Part shown: piece after piece, positions 62,741-64,000 of the stretch
How the letters are laid out: each line of letters opens with the position of its first letter
Numbering within the stretch: the stretch's first letter is position 1
DNA from: Vicugna vicugna
Taxonomy: Eukaryota
Assembly (NCBI GenBank): GCA_013265495.1
Contig: MU061579.1
Coordinates: 5,021,146 to 5,085,145, forward strand
Direction of reading: 5' to 3'
Length of the DNA: 64,000 bases
Notes under the pieces: generated by a model
What the model was told of the DNA's origin: nothing
Database searches by the model: none
What the model saw: the letters and a program-made list of their open reading frames with translations, nothing else
Program-made: the position numbers and the translations under genes

Positions 62741-64000
62741 GTCTACAAAGAAGAGTTTTGATATAAGGTGTTAAAAAAAACAATGATATGATAACAGAGG
62801 AAAAACTTCACTACCCTTTTATGATGTTGCATAGTCTAGACACATTTCAAACTACTGAGGGTAGTGAGTAGATAAGTTCATGAATATATAAGTCTGATGG
62901 GGCATATTTTATAAATGATTTAACTTTTAAGTTGTAATGGATTAAACCTACATATACAAATTAACAGATGATGCAAGAAAAATCTGCATTTGTCGTGGAA
63001 ACTCAGAAATGAAGACATTCACATGTGAGAAATCTCAAGGCATTTCTACAAGGTGATGTGTTAAAGCAGTCTAAAGGAAAAGAGGAATGATTATTTTGTT
63101 GATTAAGAAGTAAAAACATGGAGAAAGAAGAGAAATATGTAACCAGGAAAATCTAATTAATTCCCTTAAGCTCAGAACTCCAGGGACAGGAAATAAAGGT
63201 TGCTTTGGAAAAGTGGATTCCTTTTGAAGGTGAATTACTCTTAATTATGTTTGTGCTTTAAAAAATAAATGAGGTGATGGAGTGTTGAAGAAATGGGGGA
63301 ACTGTTCATCTATTCTCTTCTGAACTACATAGCATTGAGGGAAGGAAGAAAATAGAAATGTTCTCACACCTGGCTTCTAATGATAGTATTTCTGCAAGAC
63401 ATAAAAAGAAGGACCTGTTACAGTAAATAGAAAATAAGTCTTTGGCCTGAGATACTACTCACTGTCAAGGTTACTTTCATGGGATGTCTATGCCAATCTA
63501 TTCCCAACACGGTTTATCATTCTAGCTTTTGAAATGTATGCATATCCTTTACATTAGGAGAAGACAATTAAGTGGAGATGTTCATCATTTCTTACAGAAC
63601 ATGCAAAAATTCTGAGCATTGAGTAAATACATCACTTCCTTTGCAAGAATAATAAAACAAAAAATCTAGATTCTTGATATTATGTTAACTAGGGCCTAAT
63701 ATACAGAATCAGAGAAGAAACTTCAATGAGAGTATTCACAGCAATTAAAACAAAATTGTAACAGAACCAAAGCATTTAGGAATTTTTTTCTCTCTAATTT
63801 ACATTTTCAACAAAAGTCAAGAGTCTATTAACCCCTGAGATCAGAAGAGGCCATCATGAAAAGAGGAAAAACAAAAAACAAAAAAAAAACGAACTCTGGA
63901 AAATTGCTTTGATAAGAAAGCAATAAATTAAAGGCTTAAAAACATCGAATAAATTCAAAGGCAATAAAGAAAAAAAGTACTAAAAACAAATGAAAACCCA

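Noticed and set aside
1..64000. A novel multi-gene system, NUMT or horizontally transferred segment
   Set aside because: No intact long ORFs, no mitochondrial or microbial-like sequence recognised; everything identifiable is ordinary mammalian repeat or pseudogene content.

Overview
Mammalian nuclear DNA: AT-rich, CpG-depleted and dominated by interspersed repeats. It is very probably camelid (camel/alpaca/vicuna), because of a Vic-1-like tRNA-derived SINE at 60771-60911 and young L1 3' ends of the camelid/artiodactyl type. I found no intact protein-coding gene, rRNA, tRNA gene or CRISPR array. The supplied ORFs are chance frames or broken LINE remnants, except 1142-1330(-), a 5'-truncated, frameshifted PIN4 (parvulin Par14) retrocopy. 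The rest is a layered transposon record: old L2/MIR, MER45/MER58 DNA transposons, MaLR (MLT1) and LTR16-like LTRs, two ERV1-type solo LTRs with perfect 4-bp TSDs, a ~2-kb deleted ERV1 provirus (tRNA-Ile-like PBS, integrase remnant, discordant LTRs), and L1s of several ages. The L1s include two 3' ends stacked at one target site and a 3.3-kb internally deleted copy that keeps both termini. Nearly all L1 pieces lie on the + strand, which may indicate an intron of a minus-strand transcript. Unique blocks hold a good CTCF candidate and a few possible regulatory or exon signals. I see no convincing evidence of a previously undescribed biological system. Repeat family names come from recall of consensus sequences, not from a database search, and boundaries of old repeats are approximate.
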